This document shows positions 1 to 7,688 of a DNA stretch of 10,367 nucleotides, piece after piece (within the stretch, counting starts at the first letter, position 1; every line of letters begins with the position of its first letter). Source of the stretch: a virus. Lineage: Duplodnaviria > Heunggongvirae > Uroviricota > Caudoviricetes. Under the pieces are notes generated by a model that was given only the letters and a program-made list of their open reading frames with translations, was not told where the DNA came from and did not search any database. The stretch lies in the IMG/VR virus record IMGVR_UViG_3300032893_000479, positions 1 through 10,367 of that record; one strand, 5' to 3'. Position numbers and translations under genes: made by a program.

Positions 1-831
1 TCATATGTAACCCTCCCGCCGCCCTTCAACCGTATTGTAAAACGGCACGTCTCTATTAGCGATATCGAAATCGACTTTGAAAATAATGAATTTACCATTG
101 CAGCCCGGATTAAATTTGCTGTCGATAGTCAGTCGGCCGCCCAATTTTGTTTTTGGATCAAGCAAATATTTTACGCGCACGCCGTGCTCAGTTTGTTCAG
201 GAACACCGATCATTCCGCTGTTGGCGCTCAATACGTGCTCAACATTTTGCAACGGTTTTCCAACGTCTTTGACATACAACGTACCGTCTTCCACGAACGC
301 GTTAACATTGGCAATTTGATTTAATTTGCCCACTTGACGAATCGTCGCGCCTGCGAATTGATAATTTTCAACGTTCGTATCCGTCGCTTGGAATACTAGT
401 CCGACGCCAATATCCGACGCGATCCGAGCCGCTAGCGTGGACAATTTAATTGTTGACAGCATCGATCGTGCAACGATTGCGCCTGTTGCAAATTGATTGC
501 TAATAGCGCTCATTGTCAACGCTATTTCTGGCGGCTGACTTGCCTGAGCCCGCTGTATATCACCGCTGAACAATCTGTAATACCCCGTACTAGATCGTCC
601 AGCTTCGATAATCAACCGTTTTGGCGATCGCAAGAAATTGTAGGGGGTGACTTGCGTTAGAATATAATTGCGCACGTCGGCCGCGAGATTGTAAATAGTA
701 ACTGTAGCCTCGTTATTCAATTCGTTGGCGTACAGCGTGCCGCGCGCAACAATACGCAAATCATCGTAGTAGCGCATTTGCCCGTCGATTTGTATTCCGA
801 CGCGCAGCAAGCGATCGTCGAAGCTACCCAT
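1..831 (-). CDS. Hypothetical protein (276 aa), candidate baseplate hub / distal tail protein by position
   Basis: Complete ORF with ATG at 829..831 and stop TGA at 1..3. Third gene after the TMP in the same orientation. Function inferred only from synteny. Confidence 0.4.
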   Translation of the reverse strand: MGSFDDRLLRVGIQIDGQMRYYDDLRIVARGTLYANELNNEATVTIYNLAADVRNYILTQVTPYNFLRSPKRLIIEAGRSSTGYYRLFSGDIQRAQASQPPEIALTMSAISNQFATGAIVARSMLSTIKLSTLAARIASDIGVGLVFQATDTNVENYQFAGATIRQVGKLNQIANVNAFVEDGTLYVKDVGKPLQNVEHVLSANSGMIGVPEQTEHGVRVKYLLDPKTKLGGRLTIDSKFNPGCNGKFIIFKVDFDIANRDVPFYNTVEGRREGYI

Positions 832-1144
832 TGCGCAAATTCTCCAACTCGGCGCCAGTCATGAATAACAAAAAATGCGTCGTTCCGAATTTTGTATAAT
901 CAGGATATTCCAGATTGGTATCCCAGTAGAAATTGCCGTAGCCGGCTTCAAGGTACCGATAAGGCAAAATACCTGTTATGGGCATGCAACGTGTATTTTG
1001 TATTAAGGTTATGCCGTCGCGAATAACGGTTGAAAACATCATACCCGACTCAATCGTTCGCAACGTGATGTCGTACCTCACGTTATCGAACGTGATCGTA
1101 AAATTCTGATTTGGTAATTGCTGAAGCGGTATATTTTGCGGCAT
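824..1144 (-). CDS. Hypothetical protein (106 aa), probable tail/baseplate-associated component
   Basis: ATG start overlapping the upstream stop by 1 nt (TAATG), and overlapping the downstream gene by 8 nt. Coding is supported by operon context. No motif recognised. Confidence 0.4.
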   Translation of the reverse strand: MPQNIPLQQLPNQNFTITFDNVRYDITLRTIESGMMFSTVIRDGITLIQNTRCMPITGILPYRYLEAGYGNFYWDTNLEYPDYTKFGTTHFLLFMTGAELENLRNG

Positions 1145-1635
1145 TAGTAAAAAATCCTATGCAATATAGATTCGCTGCCACTTTGTTCGCCGCGCTTTAC
1201 CGTAGACTGATCGGTAGGTTTGCGAACATTGTTTGCCGCCAATTGTTGAAATTGCGCTTTAACAAATATTGCTTGTTTCAAATTGATAACGATTTTAATT
1301 GTTTTCCACAATTCCGGTTCTTCCTCATGCGGCATGCTAACGATAATCATATCCTGATACACATCGGACCGCGTTTGCACGATGAGCTTATCGCCGCTAA
1401 TCCAACGTTGCTTAATCGCAGCGTAAACGTCTTTAGCGTCATTTCCCGGTATCATCACGATCAAATCTATTTCCACCGGATCGATCACGCGGGCGTCCGT
1501 GATGCTGATTCCACTTTCTAGCGGATGTTCGAACGATCTGGACGTTTCGAAAATAGACGCGCGCATTGCTTCCGATGTCGGAAACAATTGCGTGTAATCC
1601 GCGTCATATAGACCAACAATTTCTTGTTCTGTCAT
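1144..1635 (-). CDS. Hypothetical protein (163 aa), probable tail/baseplate-associated component
   Basis: ATG start overlapping the TMP stop (ATGA). First gene after the TMP, where distal tail or baseplate initiator proteins are normally encoded. Acidic composition. No motif recognised. Confidence 0.4.
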   Translation of the reverse strand: MTEQEIVGLYDADYTQLFPTSEAMRASIFETSRSFEHPLESGISITDARVIDPVEIDLIVMIPGNDAKDVYAAIKQRWISGDKLIVQTRSDVYQDMIIVSMPHEEEPELWKTIKIVINLKQAIFVKAQFQQLAANNVRKPTDQSTVKRGEQSGSESILHRIFY

Positions 1636-3197
1636 GCCATCAGCCCGTCATCGTGTTGATAGATAGCGCTGTTGATATACAACTTTAAGGCGTCGCTGAT
1701 ATTTTGCGCCACTTCGTTGGCATCTTTCGCTTCGGTTATTACGTCGATTTTATCGATGCTGATTGAATTTTGCTGACTACGAGCTGTCGCCATATTTGTG
1801 ATCGAAGATGATGTCTGCGGCAGCAGCGGATTACGCGACATCATTGCTAATTGTTGTTGCGCGTTATTTGTCAGCGGATTTTCTATTTGCGGTAAATCAA
1901 CGGCACCGCTTTCTGGATTGAACATATCTTTAAATTTTTGCCATATTTCAGGTATTTTTGAAATTTTATCAACAACGAAATTGAAAACTTTTTGGACCCA
2001 GTTGAAATAAACTTCCCACGCTTTTGATGCAAACTCAGCGGCACTCGCGGCAGCTTCGCCAAACCATCGCAGCGCCTGCGCAGTTTTCGGAAAGCGTTTT
2101 TCCAGTTTGTCCAAAAATTTATCCATGCTTGCGCCAGCAGTTTCTAATGCGGCGCTAAAGCCTTTTGTAAAAACATCTGATAAGAAGTCGGCAACGATAC
2201 CGATCCATTCTTTCAAATATTTAAAAACTTCGACAACTTTATCGATTGCCTCTTTAAACAACGGATATTTTTTTGCCAACTCACCGATCACGCTTGCGTG
2301 ACCGTTTAAATACGCATTGAAATCGTCCCAAATAAGCGCGGCGGCGGCGGCCACTGCAATCAACGCCATCCACGGGGCGAGAAATGCAATGGTTGCAATC
2401 GTCGCTCTAACGAGCGCTGGAACAAGGATTCCCGATAATGCAACGCCAAGCGATACAAAAAATTTCGTCATGAATGCGCTGTTGTTTCGCATCCACATCA
2501 ATATTTTTTCCAGCAGTTTGAAAAACTCGGTGAGATATGGCATTACCGCCACGGCAAGCCGACGCTTGATATCTTCAAAAACTAAGTTCGTCATGCGTTG
2601 CTGAATCACGAACTTAGTTGAAATTTCGACTTGTTCTTTTGTTACAACGCCAAGTTCTTTTTGTTTGGCAATGAATTCGTCTAGCGCTTTGCCGCCCATT
2701 TGCAGCAGATTGATCGTGCCGATATCGAGACCGAAACGCTCGCCCAATCGTTGCGCTTGAATTTTGCTAAGCCCTTCGAATCTTCCCTGTATCTGCTTCA
2801 GCGTTTCGATAGGGTCGCGACCGTAACGACTCAATGCTTCAAGACTGCGCGCAAATCCTTCCGCCGTGCCGCCTGCTAGCTCCGCAGCCTGTGTCCACGC
2901 GCTATACTGCTCCGCCGATACTTTTGCTTGTTGCGCGTTTAGCCCGAGCTGTCGCGTGCTTTCAGCAACGTCGAATACCATCGATTTCAGGGAATGAAAT
3001 GCGAGAAAGCTCGCACCGAGCGACGCCGCACTTTTAACGGCATCGACAAGGTGCTTGCCGAGCATGTCGGCCGCTTTATCGGTTTTATTGAGGGTGTCGC
3101 CGAGTTGTTTGCTTTGCTTATCGGAATGCGCAAGCCCTTCGTCCAGTTTGCTGGCGTCGGATTCGAACAGGAAGTAAAAAACGTCGAGAATATTCAC
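1632..3197 (-). CDS. Tail tape measure protein (TMP)
   Basis: 521-aa ORF immediately 3' of the chaperone/frameshift pair. Predicted largely alpha-helical, with a long central hydrophobic segment (approx. residues 246..290, FFVSLGVALSGILVPALVRATIATIAFLAPWMALIAVAAAAALIW) typical of TMPs, plus regularly spaced aromatic residues. Apparent start is GTG at 3195..3197, preceded by AGGA at about 10-nt spacing. The stop overlaps the next gene as ATGA. Confidence 0.8.
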   Translation of the reverse strand: MNILDVFYFLFESDASKLDEGLAHSDKQSKQLGDTLNKTDKAADMLGKHLVDAVKSAASLGASFLAFHSLKSMVFDVAESTRQLGLNAQQAKVSAEQYSAWTQAAELAGGTAEGFARSLEALSRYGRDPIETLKQIQGRFEGLSKIQAQRLGERFGLDIGTINLLQMGGKALDEFIAKQKELGVVTKEQVEISTKFVIQQRMTNLVFEDIKRRLAVAVMPYLTEFFKLLEKILMWMRNNSAFMTKFFVSLGVALSGILVPALVRATIATIAFLAPWMALIAVAAAAALIWDDFNAYLNGHASVIGELAKKYPLFKEAIDKVVEVFKYLKEWIGIVADFLSDVFTKGFSAALETAGASMDKFLDKLEKRFPKTAQALRWFGEAAASAAEFASKAWEVYFNWVQKVFNFVVDKISKIPEIWQKFKDMFNPESGAVDLPQIENPLTNNAQQQLAMMSRNPLLPQTSSSITNMATARSQQNSISIDKIDVITEAKDANEVAQNISDALKLYINSAIYQHDDGLMA

Positions 3198-3756
3198 TAT
3201 CGATTATTCCTGTTCGCATGCTCTGCGGCTAAGTATTCGTTGGCGCGCCGTACAATCAGAACCTCCGCCATATCACAGAGGTCTTGCAACGTGTAGACCG
3301 TGGCCAGCTCATGCGGCGTCGCTAATCTTTCGCCGGTGACTGCGCCCGCAATTGGGTCAACATTTGCGTAATCAATGCTTGGAACTTGCCCGAGAATTGA
3401 TCGAGGTAATGTGACAGCGCGCCTTTCGCGAAAAAACTGCAATTGTATTCCATCATTGCCCACTCGATCCGTATCAGCGCCTCGTAATCTGGTACATGGT
3501 TGTTGATGAGATCGAGAGAACCCAACCGCAGAGGGTCGGCGCCCGCAATGGGCACCGCAACATGCGACAGAATTTTTATCATCAGCGCTTCGTTAGTTTT
3601 GTAGTCGCCAATTTTCGGCGCGGCAGTCAGCGGATATTGCGTGACAATTTCACGACCTGCCGTTGCCGAAAATTTACTGATGATAAAAATTTTTTCCGAT
3701 CCGTCCATGAGCTTTATCGGTTGTTCTTTTGGCTGTAGCAGCGGAAGATGATTCAT
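3197..3756 (-). CDS. Tail assembly chaperone, long form produced by programmed -1 frameshift (approx. 186 aa: frame 0 from 3756 to the slippery site, then -1 frame to 3197)
   Basis: Frame-0 codons AGT TTT TTC (plus coordinates 3438..3430) give, after a -1 slip, CAG TTT TTT CGC..., which continues open for 77 codons to a TAG at 3197..3199 that overlaps the TMP start. The -1 frame ORF has no credible independent start (the track's start is a GTG in the middle of the chaperone gene with no RBS). Confidence 0.55.
3322..3756 (-). CDS. Tail assembly chaperone (short, in-frame form; gpG/gp E-like role)
   Basis: 144-aa ORF immediately 5' of the tape measure gene. An overlapping ORF (3197..3463) in the -1 frame runs from inside this gene to exactly the TMP start, and a T_TTT_TTC slippery heptamer lies in the overlap. 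This is the conserved chaperone frameshift architecture of tailed phages. Confidence 0.65.
   Translation of the reverse strand: MNHLPLLQPKEQPIKLMDGSEKIFIISKFSATAGREIVTQYPLTAAPKIGDYKTNEALMIKILSHVAVPIAGADPLRLGSLDLINNHVPDYEALIRIEWAMMEYNCSFFAKGALSHYLDQFSGKFQALITQMLTQLRAQSPAKD
3430..3436 (-). other. Putative -1 programmed ribosomal frameshift slippery heptamer T_TTT_TTC (X_XXY_YYZ)
   Basis: Plus-strand gaaaaaa at 3430..3436 is TTTTTTC on the coding strand, positioned as T TTT TTC relative to the chaperone frame. It lies in the overlap between the chaperone ORF and the -1 frame extension ORF. A short GC-rich palindrome (CGCG AAAGG CGCG) follows immediately but is a weak and atypically close stimulatory element. 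Confidence 0.55.
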
Positions 3757-4199
3757 AGTGCGGACACCTTATTTTCGAATGCGAAAATGTAGGGCTTTGA
3801 CTTCATGCGCCCCTGACTCGCAACAGGATTGCCCGGAATGGCCGACGTGATAGCCCCTTTCGACAAAGTGATCACATTGCCGCTCGGGTAAACCAGCGTC
3901 AAAGTTATGATATCGCGTGCGGGCCGCTTGCCTGCGGCAACACGATTCGCCTCCGCAATAATGCCGAGCGCGATATCGTCGAGCGAACCGGGCACCACGG
4001 CCAGCGTTGCCATGATGGGGTTAGGCTTTGACCATGTGATCAAATTGCCGTTGAGCCCCATTGCAGTTTGCGCCAGCTCCAAGGCTGCGATATCGAGCGG
4101 ATCGATATCGTCGGCGAACTGCGTGATAGGCACGCCGACCGGAAAAGTAACGCTAGCCTTAACCGTGGCGATTAGACCAAAACCTGAAATATCGGACAT
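3753..4199 (-). CDS. Putative tail tube protein
   Basis: 148-aa ORF with ATG start and a good RBS, positioned between the putative sheath and the tail assembly chaperone. Size and position are typical of myovirus tube proteins. The final 4 nt overlap the chaperone start (ATGA). Confidence 0.55.
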   Translation of the reverse strand: MSDISGFGLIATVKASVTFPVGVPITQFADDIDPLDIAALELAQTAMGLNGNLITWSKPNPIMATLAVVPGSLDDIALGIIAEANRVAAGKRPARDIITLTLVYPSGNVITLSKGAITSAIPGNPVASQGRMKSKPYIFAFENKVSAL

Positions 4200-4207
4200 T
4201 GCTGTAA

Positions 4208-4213
4208 TCTCCC
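4208..4213 (-). promoter_or_regulatory. Shine-Dalgarno motif (GGGAGA) for the putative tail tube gene
   Basis: The 16-nt intergenic gap 4200..4215 reads on the minus strand CCGGGAGATTACAGCA ATG; GGGAGA lies 8 nt upstream of the ATG at 4197..4199. Confidence 0.5.
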
Positions 4214-4215
4214 GG

Positions 4216-5730
4216 TTAGATTAAGTTGTGAGTGCCTTCGACTTTGCGGATCACGTCATCTTTCGAATAGATCAGCAAATACGTTGCTTTATAGATGGTT
4301 TGATTGTTGACGACTTCCGGCACGATAACGACATTGTACCAGTAGCCAATGCCTTGCACTTGTTGCCAAGCGTTGCTATCACCGCTCTGCAACGCAATAT
4401 CGGCCTTTTGCAACGGCGTAAGCACTTTGCCGATGCTAATTGTACCGTTGAACAGTGCTTGATCTACGCCGTCTTGAAGTAGATTGAGGCATATCGAGCG
4501 ACCGGCTTCGTCAGCATCGATTTTCGGCAGCACCAGCAACGCGTTCATGAACGACGCAGTGAGATACGACGACAACCACTGTTCGTTGCCGTAAACGTTT
4601 TGATCTGCCGGCGACGTATTCGGACCAAACAGCGAACCGCGCTGATAGAAAGATACGTTCTGACCGTTGATCTGCGTGTTACCGTAATAGTTAACGCGAA
4701 TCGCATCCAGCGAGTCCGACGTGGGCGTATCGGTAACCAATGCGGTCACCGGAAATTGTTGGAACATATAGTTGGACGTTGAATTTTGTTTCGTGTAGTC
4801 CGTTGCCGCAAGCTGAATCATCGGAATCATTTCCGGGTATTCGTTCGGATAATTTATCGGATCGTTTATCGTCATGGCGGTCCCCGCGATTTGACCGATC
4901 GCAGACGCGATTACCGACGCAGACGCTTGATCACAGGCGAGCATGAATTGGTACGAGACACTATTTGACGCGTTCCATTCTACAATTTCTGCCCAATCGC
5001 CTATGTCCGTAGTTGCCATGAACAAAAACGAACCGTAATTATTACTTATCTGATCTGCTGCAATAACTGCATCTAATGCCGACGAACCAGCCGTGCCGAC
5101 AACATCGATTGCGCCATCCGCAACGTACAGATTTAGCAAATTTCCAACATCGGTAGCACCTGAGCCGGCCTGTAAAAATGTAAGTGAACCTGCGCCCGCA
5201 ACACCGCCAACAACAACGAATCGATTATTCGTCGAATCGTAGGTTACCGTGCAAGTGGTCAGCTGCGGATCGGAGTTCGTTCGCAAACGCGTTTGCAACA
5301 ACGAAGCAATGTTGGCGTAGCTAGTGGCAGTCGAGAAATTGATGCTACCGATTGAGATAGGGCCGCCACCAGTGCTTACCGATACGGTACCGGCCGTAGT
5401 GGAAATAAGGCCGCTCAGAGCAGTCGGCGATTTTCCGCCGAATACACGGGCAGCAAACGCGTTCGGCTGCCAGCCAGCAAAACAAATCTTTTTCGCCTGG
5501 GTTAGCTGTTTGGAAACCCAGCCAAAATAAAACGCTGCACGACGATACTCTTCTGATGAAGTGCCAAAGAATGCGGCAACATCATCTACCGATGTGTATT
5601 CGATGATGTTATCGGTAGATACTAACGGATTGCTAGTAAAAATTCTTCCGATAAGCTCGCGCACTTGCACAATAGCCGAACCGCCGACACCAGACCGAAT
5701 ATCAACATATTTGCGGTAATTAATGGACAT
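4216..5730 (-). CDS. Putative contractile tail sheath protein (DUF3383-like by recollection)
   Basis: 504-aa ORF with ATG start and a strong RBS. Located directly 5' of a ~150-aa tube-sized gene, then chaperone/frameshift and tape measure, which is the canonical myovirus order sheath-tube-chaperone-TMP. Size is typical of phage sheaths. Contains a G/S/T/A-rich low-complexity internal region. Family assignment was not verified by search. Confidence 0.6.
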   Translation of the reverse strand: MSINYRKYVDIRSGVGGSAIVQVRELIGRIFTSNPLVSTDNIIEYTSVDDVAAFFGTSSEEYRRAAFYFGWVSKQLTQAKKICFAGWQPNAFAARVFGGKSPTALSGLISTTAGTVSVSTGGGPISIGSINFSTATSYANIASLLQTRLRTNSDPQLTTCTVTYDSTNNRFVVVGGVAGAGSLTFLQAGSGATDVGNLLNLYVADGAIDVVGTAGSSALDAVIAADQISNNYGSFLFMATTDIGDWAEIVEWNASNSVSYQFMLACDQASASVIASAIGQIAGTAMTINDPINYPNEYPEMIPMIQLAATDYTKQNSTSNYMFQQFPVTALVTDTPTSDSLDAIRVNYYGNTQINGQNVSFYQRGSLFGPNTSPADQNVYGNEQWLSSYLTASFMNALLVLPKIDADEAGRSICLNLLQDGVDQALFNGTISIGKVLTPLQKADIALQSGDSNAWQQVQGIGYWYNVVIVPEVVNNQTIYKATYLLIYSKDDVIRKVEGTHNLI

Positions 5731-5732
5731 AG

Positions 5733-6266
5733 TTAAACCCTCTTGAGTTGCACATCTATGGCGGTTAATTGTCTTTGTGCGCTGCGCACGGTGTCGGTAT
5801 GTGTAAGTATTACATCAAAACTCGGCTCAGCTTGCCACTGCGATCTGTCGTTATCACTTTTCGGATTCGGCACCGTCGTAATCCTCAAAATATTTGCGCC
5901 GCCCGCGATCAACGCTTTTTGAAACGGCCAATCGTTCATGATCAGCGCGAATCTGTTCAACAAATCCGATGCGGTGTCACTTGTAACATCTTCAGGGGTG
6001 CTGTTAACCACTGCGTTAATTTGGACCGTTGTCATTATGACCTGCTCAACGATACGCCAATAATTCGTACCATCCCATTGCGAATATTTTGCTGGTGATC
6101 CGTAACGTTGATTGACAACGATATTCATCGACAAATAACGCGATTGCGGGCGCCCTTGTTGTGTCGGTTGAAAATTTTGCACAAAAGGCACGTCGCTATA
6201 GCCGGCCGCATCCAACAATGGGCGCGCTGTTGAAAGAATCAGACGAATCAAATCTTTTTCTTTCAT
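5733..6266 (-). CDS. Putative tail terminator / sheath-proximal neck protein (hypothetical)
   Basis: 177-aa ORF with ATG start, ending 2 nt upstream of the putative sheath gene start. In myovirus modules the gene immediately 5' of the sheath is commonly the tail terminator or tail completion protein. Assignment is by synteny only. Confidence 0.35.
   Translation of the reverse strand: MKEKDLIRLILSTARPLLDAAGYSDVPFVQNFQPTQQGRPQSRYLSMNIVVNQRYGSPAKYSQWDGTNYWRIVEQVIMTTVQINAVVNSTPEDVTSDTASDLLNRFALIMNDWPFQKALIAGGANILRITTVPNPKSDNDRSQWQAEPSFDVILTHTDTVRSAQRQLTAIDVQLKRV
5738..5742 (-). promoter_or_regulatory. Shine-Dalgarno motif (GAGGG) for the putative sheath gene
   Basis: Minus-strand sequence AAGAGGG TTTAACT ATG: GAGGG lies 7 nt upstream of the ATG at 5728..5730. 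Confidence 0.5.
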
Positions 6267-6709
6267 CAGTCGTAACCTATGCCCGGCATGTCGTATCCGA
6301 GCCCCGGCGTGTCGTATGCAAGTGCGCTAGGCACGACGATAGGGCCAATATCAACGGCTATCGTGTATGCCCAACCGTCTAGCACGTACCAGTCATTATC
6401 GTTGATCATCTGATAACGCCTGCCGTTCCATTCGAACTGGTCGCCACCGTCGCCCCGATCGAGAGAAATTATCCCCTCTTGGATAAAAAGTTCAACGTAA
6501 TTTTTTTTCAAATCGAAACCAAGCGCGGCGTATTTAGAACGATTGACTGCTTGTACGCTGCAATCGCCGACATCTATTCCAAGTTCGAAAGTTGACACGT
6601 AATAGCCAATTTCATTGAGCTGTCGGCTTGCGCATTTGAAATAACGTACCGTTTGCGGCGCGATCAGCGCAAGAGCACTGTACAACAAGTTTGATCCGGG
6701 CACGCTCAT
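6266..6709 (-). CDS. Putative neck / tail completion protein (hypothetical)
   Basis: 147-aa ORF with ATG start, ATGA overlap with the upstream gene and 1-nt overlap with the downstream gene. Lies between the adaptor-type genes and the gene preceding the sheath. C-terminus carries a short tandem peptide repeat (PGLGYDMPGIGYD). Confidence 0.4.
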   Translation of the reverse strand: MSVPGSNLLYSALALIAPQTVRYFKCASRQLNEIGYYVSTFELGIDVGDCSVQAVNRSKYAALGFDLKKNYVELFIQEGIISLDRGDGGDQFEWNGRRYQMINDNDWYVLDGWAYTIAVDIGPIVVPSALAYDTPGLGYDMPGIGYD

Positions 6710-7245
6710 TTGCTGCCAACCTCGCTTGTTAGCGTGGCAATCATATGGTCGCTATCGTTCAGCGGCTTATCGCTGACGCCGCTATAATCTGGTGGATTCG
6801 GCCCCTTGAGCGCTGCCGCCGCTTCGCCGACAGTCTTCCCGGTAATTTTGCGCCCTTGTCTGCGCCATAAACGCAATACCATCGTAATGGGCGACAAAGG
6901 CGGTGTAAAAATGTTGGATAATGTTTGAAGAATATCGCCTTCGGCCTGTTGTGCAACGCCTTTCAAAACATCTTCAACGGTCAATTCGCCGCGCATAGCC
7001 ATTGCTGCACCTTCGCCCATTAACTTTTTCCATTCTTCGCCGCGCTGCGCTTCCGTTGTGCGCATGAATGAGCGCGAGCCACCGTCGCGAAATTCCTGTA
7101 TCGCCGCCACGTAGGCCACGGGGGTGCCGTCCTCGTATTTTGCAGACTCAAACCAACCGACACGCGATGCCAACTTGCTGAGCTTTCTGCTTTCTCGCTC
7201 GAATCTCAGCCGTGAGGCAGTTTTCTTATGCACCAATTTGCCCAT
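6706..7245 (-). CDS. Putative head-tail joining / head closure protein (HK97 gp10-like)
   Basis: The ORF track begins at a TTG (7246..7248), but the second codon is ATG (7243..7245) and overlaps the upstream stop as TGATG, so I place the start at 7245 (179 aa). The segment RVGWFESAKYEDGTPVAYVAAIQEFRDGGSRSFMRTT resembles the HK97 gp10 family pattern. Basic N-terminus. Position fits a neck gene. Confidence 0.45.
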   Translation of the reverse strand: MGKLVHKKTASRLRFERESRKLSKLASRVGWFESAKYEDGTPVAYVAAIQEFRDGGSRSFMRTTEAQRGEEWKKLMGEGAAMAMRGELTVEDVLKGVAQQAEGDILQTLSNIFTPPLSPITMVLRLWRRQGRKITGKTVGEAAAALKGPNPPDYSGVSDKPLNDSDHMIATLTSEVGSK

Positions 7246-7688
7246 CAAAAACTACCGCCAAATTTGCGGAAGCCTGCGCGCTCGCAGCTGCCGCCAATAT
7301 AAAAACCGCCTGACGATTTGACGCTGAAAAAAGCCCACAAACGCATGCCGTATGGCGTCAGAGATAGCCATTGCTGCCACGCATTTTTAACGGGTGGCGC
7401 TTGCACGGTGACGCTAACCTTATCGATCGATGACGCAGTGACCGCGCCGACTTGGCCTTGACCGCGCTGCGCGTTGAGATTTGCTTGCCACTGCATCATG
7501 TGAGCGGTCATCAAATAAAGCGCCTCGGTGATTTCTGCCGCGCTCATCAGACACCATTCCTGCGGATACAGATAAACTTTCGCCGTATCGAAATACGCTT
7601 GTATATAGGCGTCGGAATACGCCGAAGTGCTGGCGAATGCCGGAAATTCTGCGCGAAAATCTGCAATGACAATAACAATATCGCTCAT
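7245..7688 (-). CDS. Putative head-tail adaptor/connector protein (DUF4054-like by recollection)
   Basis: 147-aa ORF with ATG start and 4-nt ATGA overlaps to both neighbours. Small protein between a head-proximal gene and the neck genes. The N-terminal sequence (MSDIVIVIADFRAEFPAFAS...) resembles the phage adaptor family I recall as DUF4054; this was not verified by search. Confidence 0.45.
   Translation of the reverse strand: MSDIVIVIADFRAEFPAFASTSAYSDAYIQAYFDTAKVYLYPQEWCLMSAAEITEALYLMTAHMMQWQANLNAQRGQGQVGAVTASSIDKVSVTVQAPPVKNAWQQWLSLTPYGMRLWAFFSVKSSGGFYIGGSCERAGFRKFGGSF

Noticed and set aside
1111-1521. 136-aa plus-strand ORF
   Set aside because: Entirely antisense to the 163-aa minus-strand gene, which is part of an overlapping, translationally coupled operon. 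No independent signals. Likely spurious.
2335-2352. GCG/GCC trinucleotide repeat
   Set aside because: It is the coding sequence for an Ala run (AAAAA) within the hydrophobic segment of the tape measure protein, not a regulatory or mobile repeat.
3197-3463. 88-aa minus-strand ORF as an independent gene
   Set aside because: Its only start is a GTG in the middle of the chaperone gene with no RBS, it is in the -1 frame of the chaperone and contains the slippery heptamer. It is better explained as the frameshift extension of the chaperone.
6501-6508. A8 homopolymer on the coding strand (T8 on plus) inside the 147-aa neck gene, as a possible slippage or phase-variation site
   Set aside because: It encodes Lys-Lys-Asn in frame and no extended alternative-frame ORF follows it, so it is most likely incidental. 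It could still cause low-level transcriptional slippage.
7246-7248. TTG start codon proposed by the ORF track for the 180-aa gene
   Set aside because: The next codon is ATG (7243..7245) and forms a 1-nt stop/start overlap with the upstream gene; ATG at 7245 is the more plausible start.
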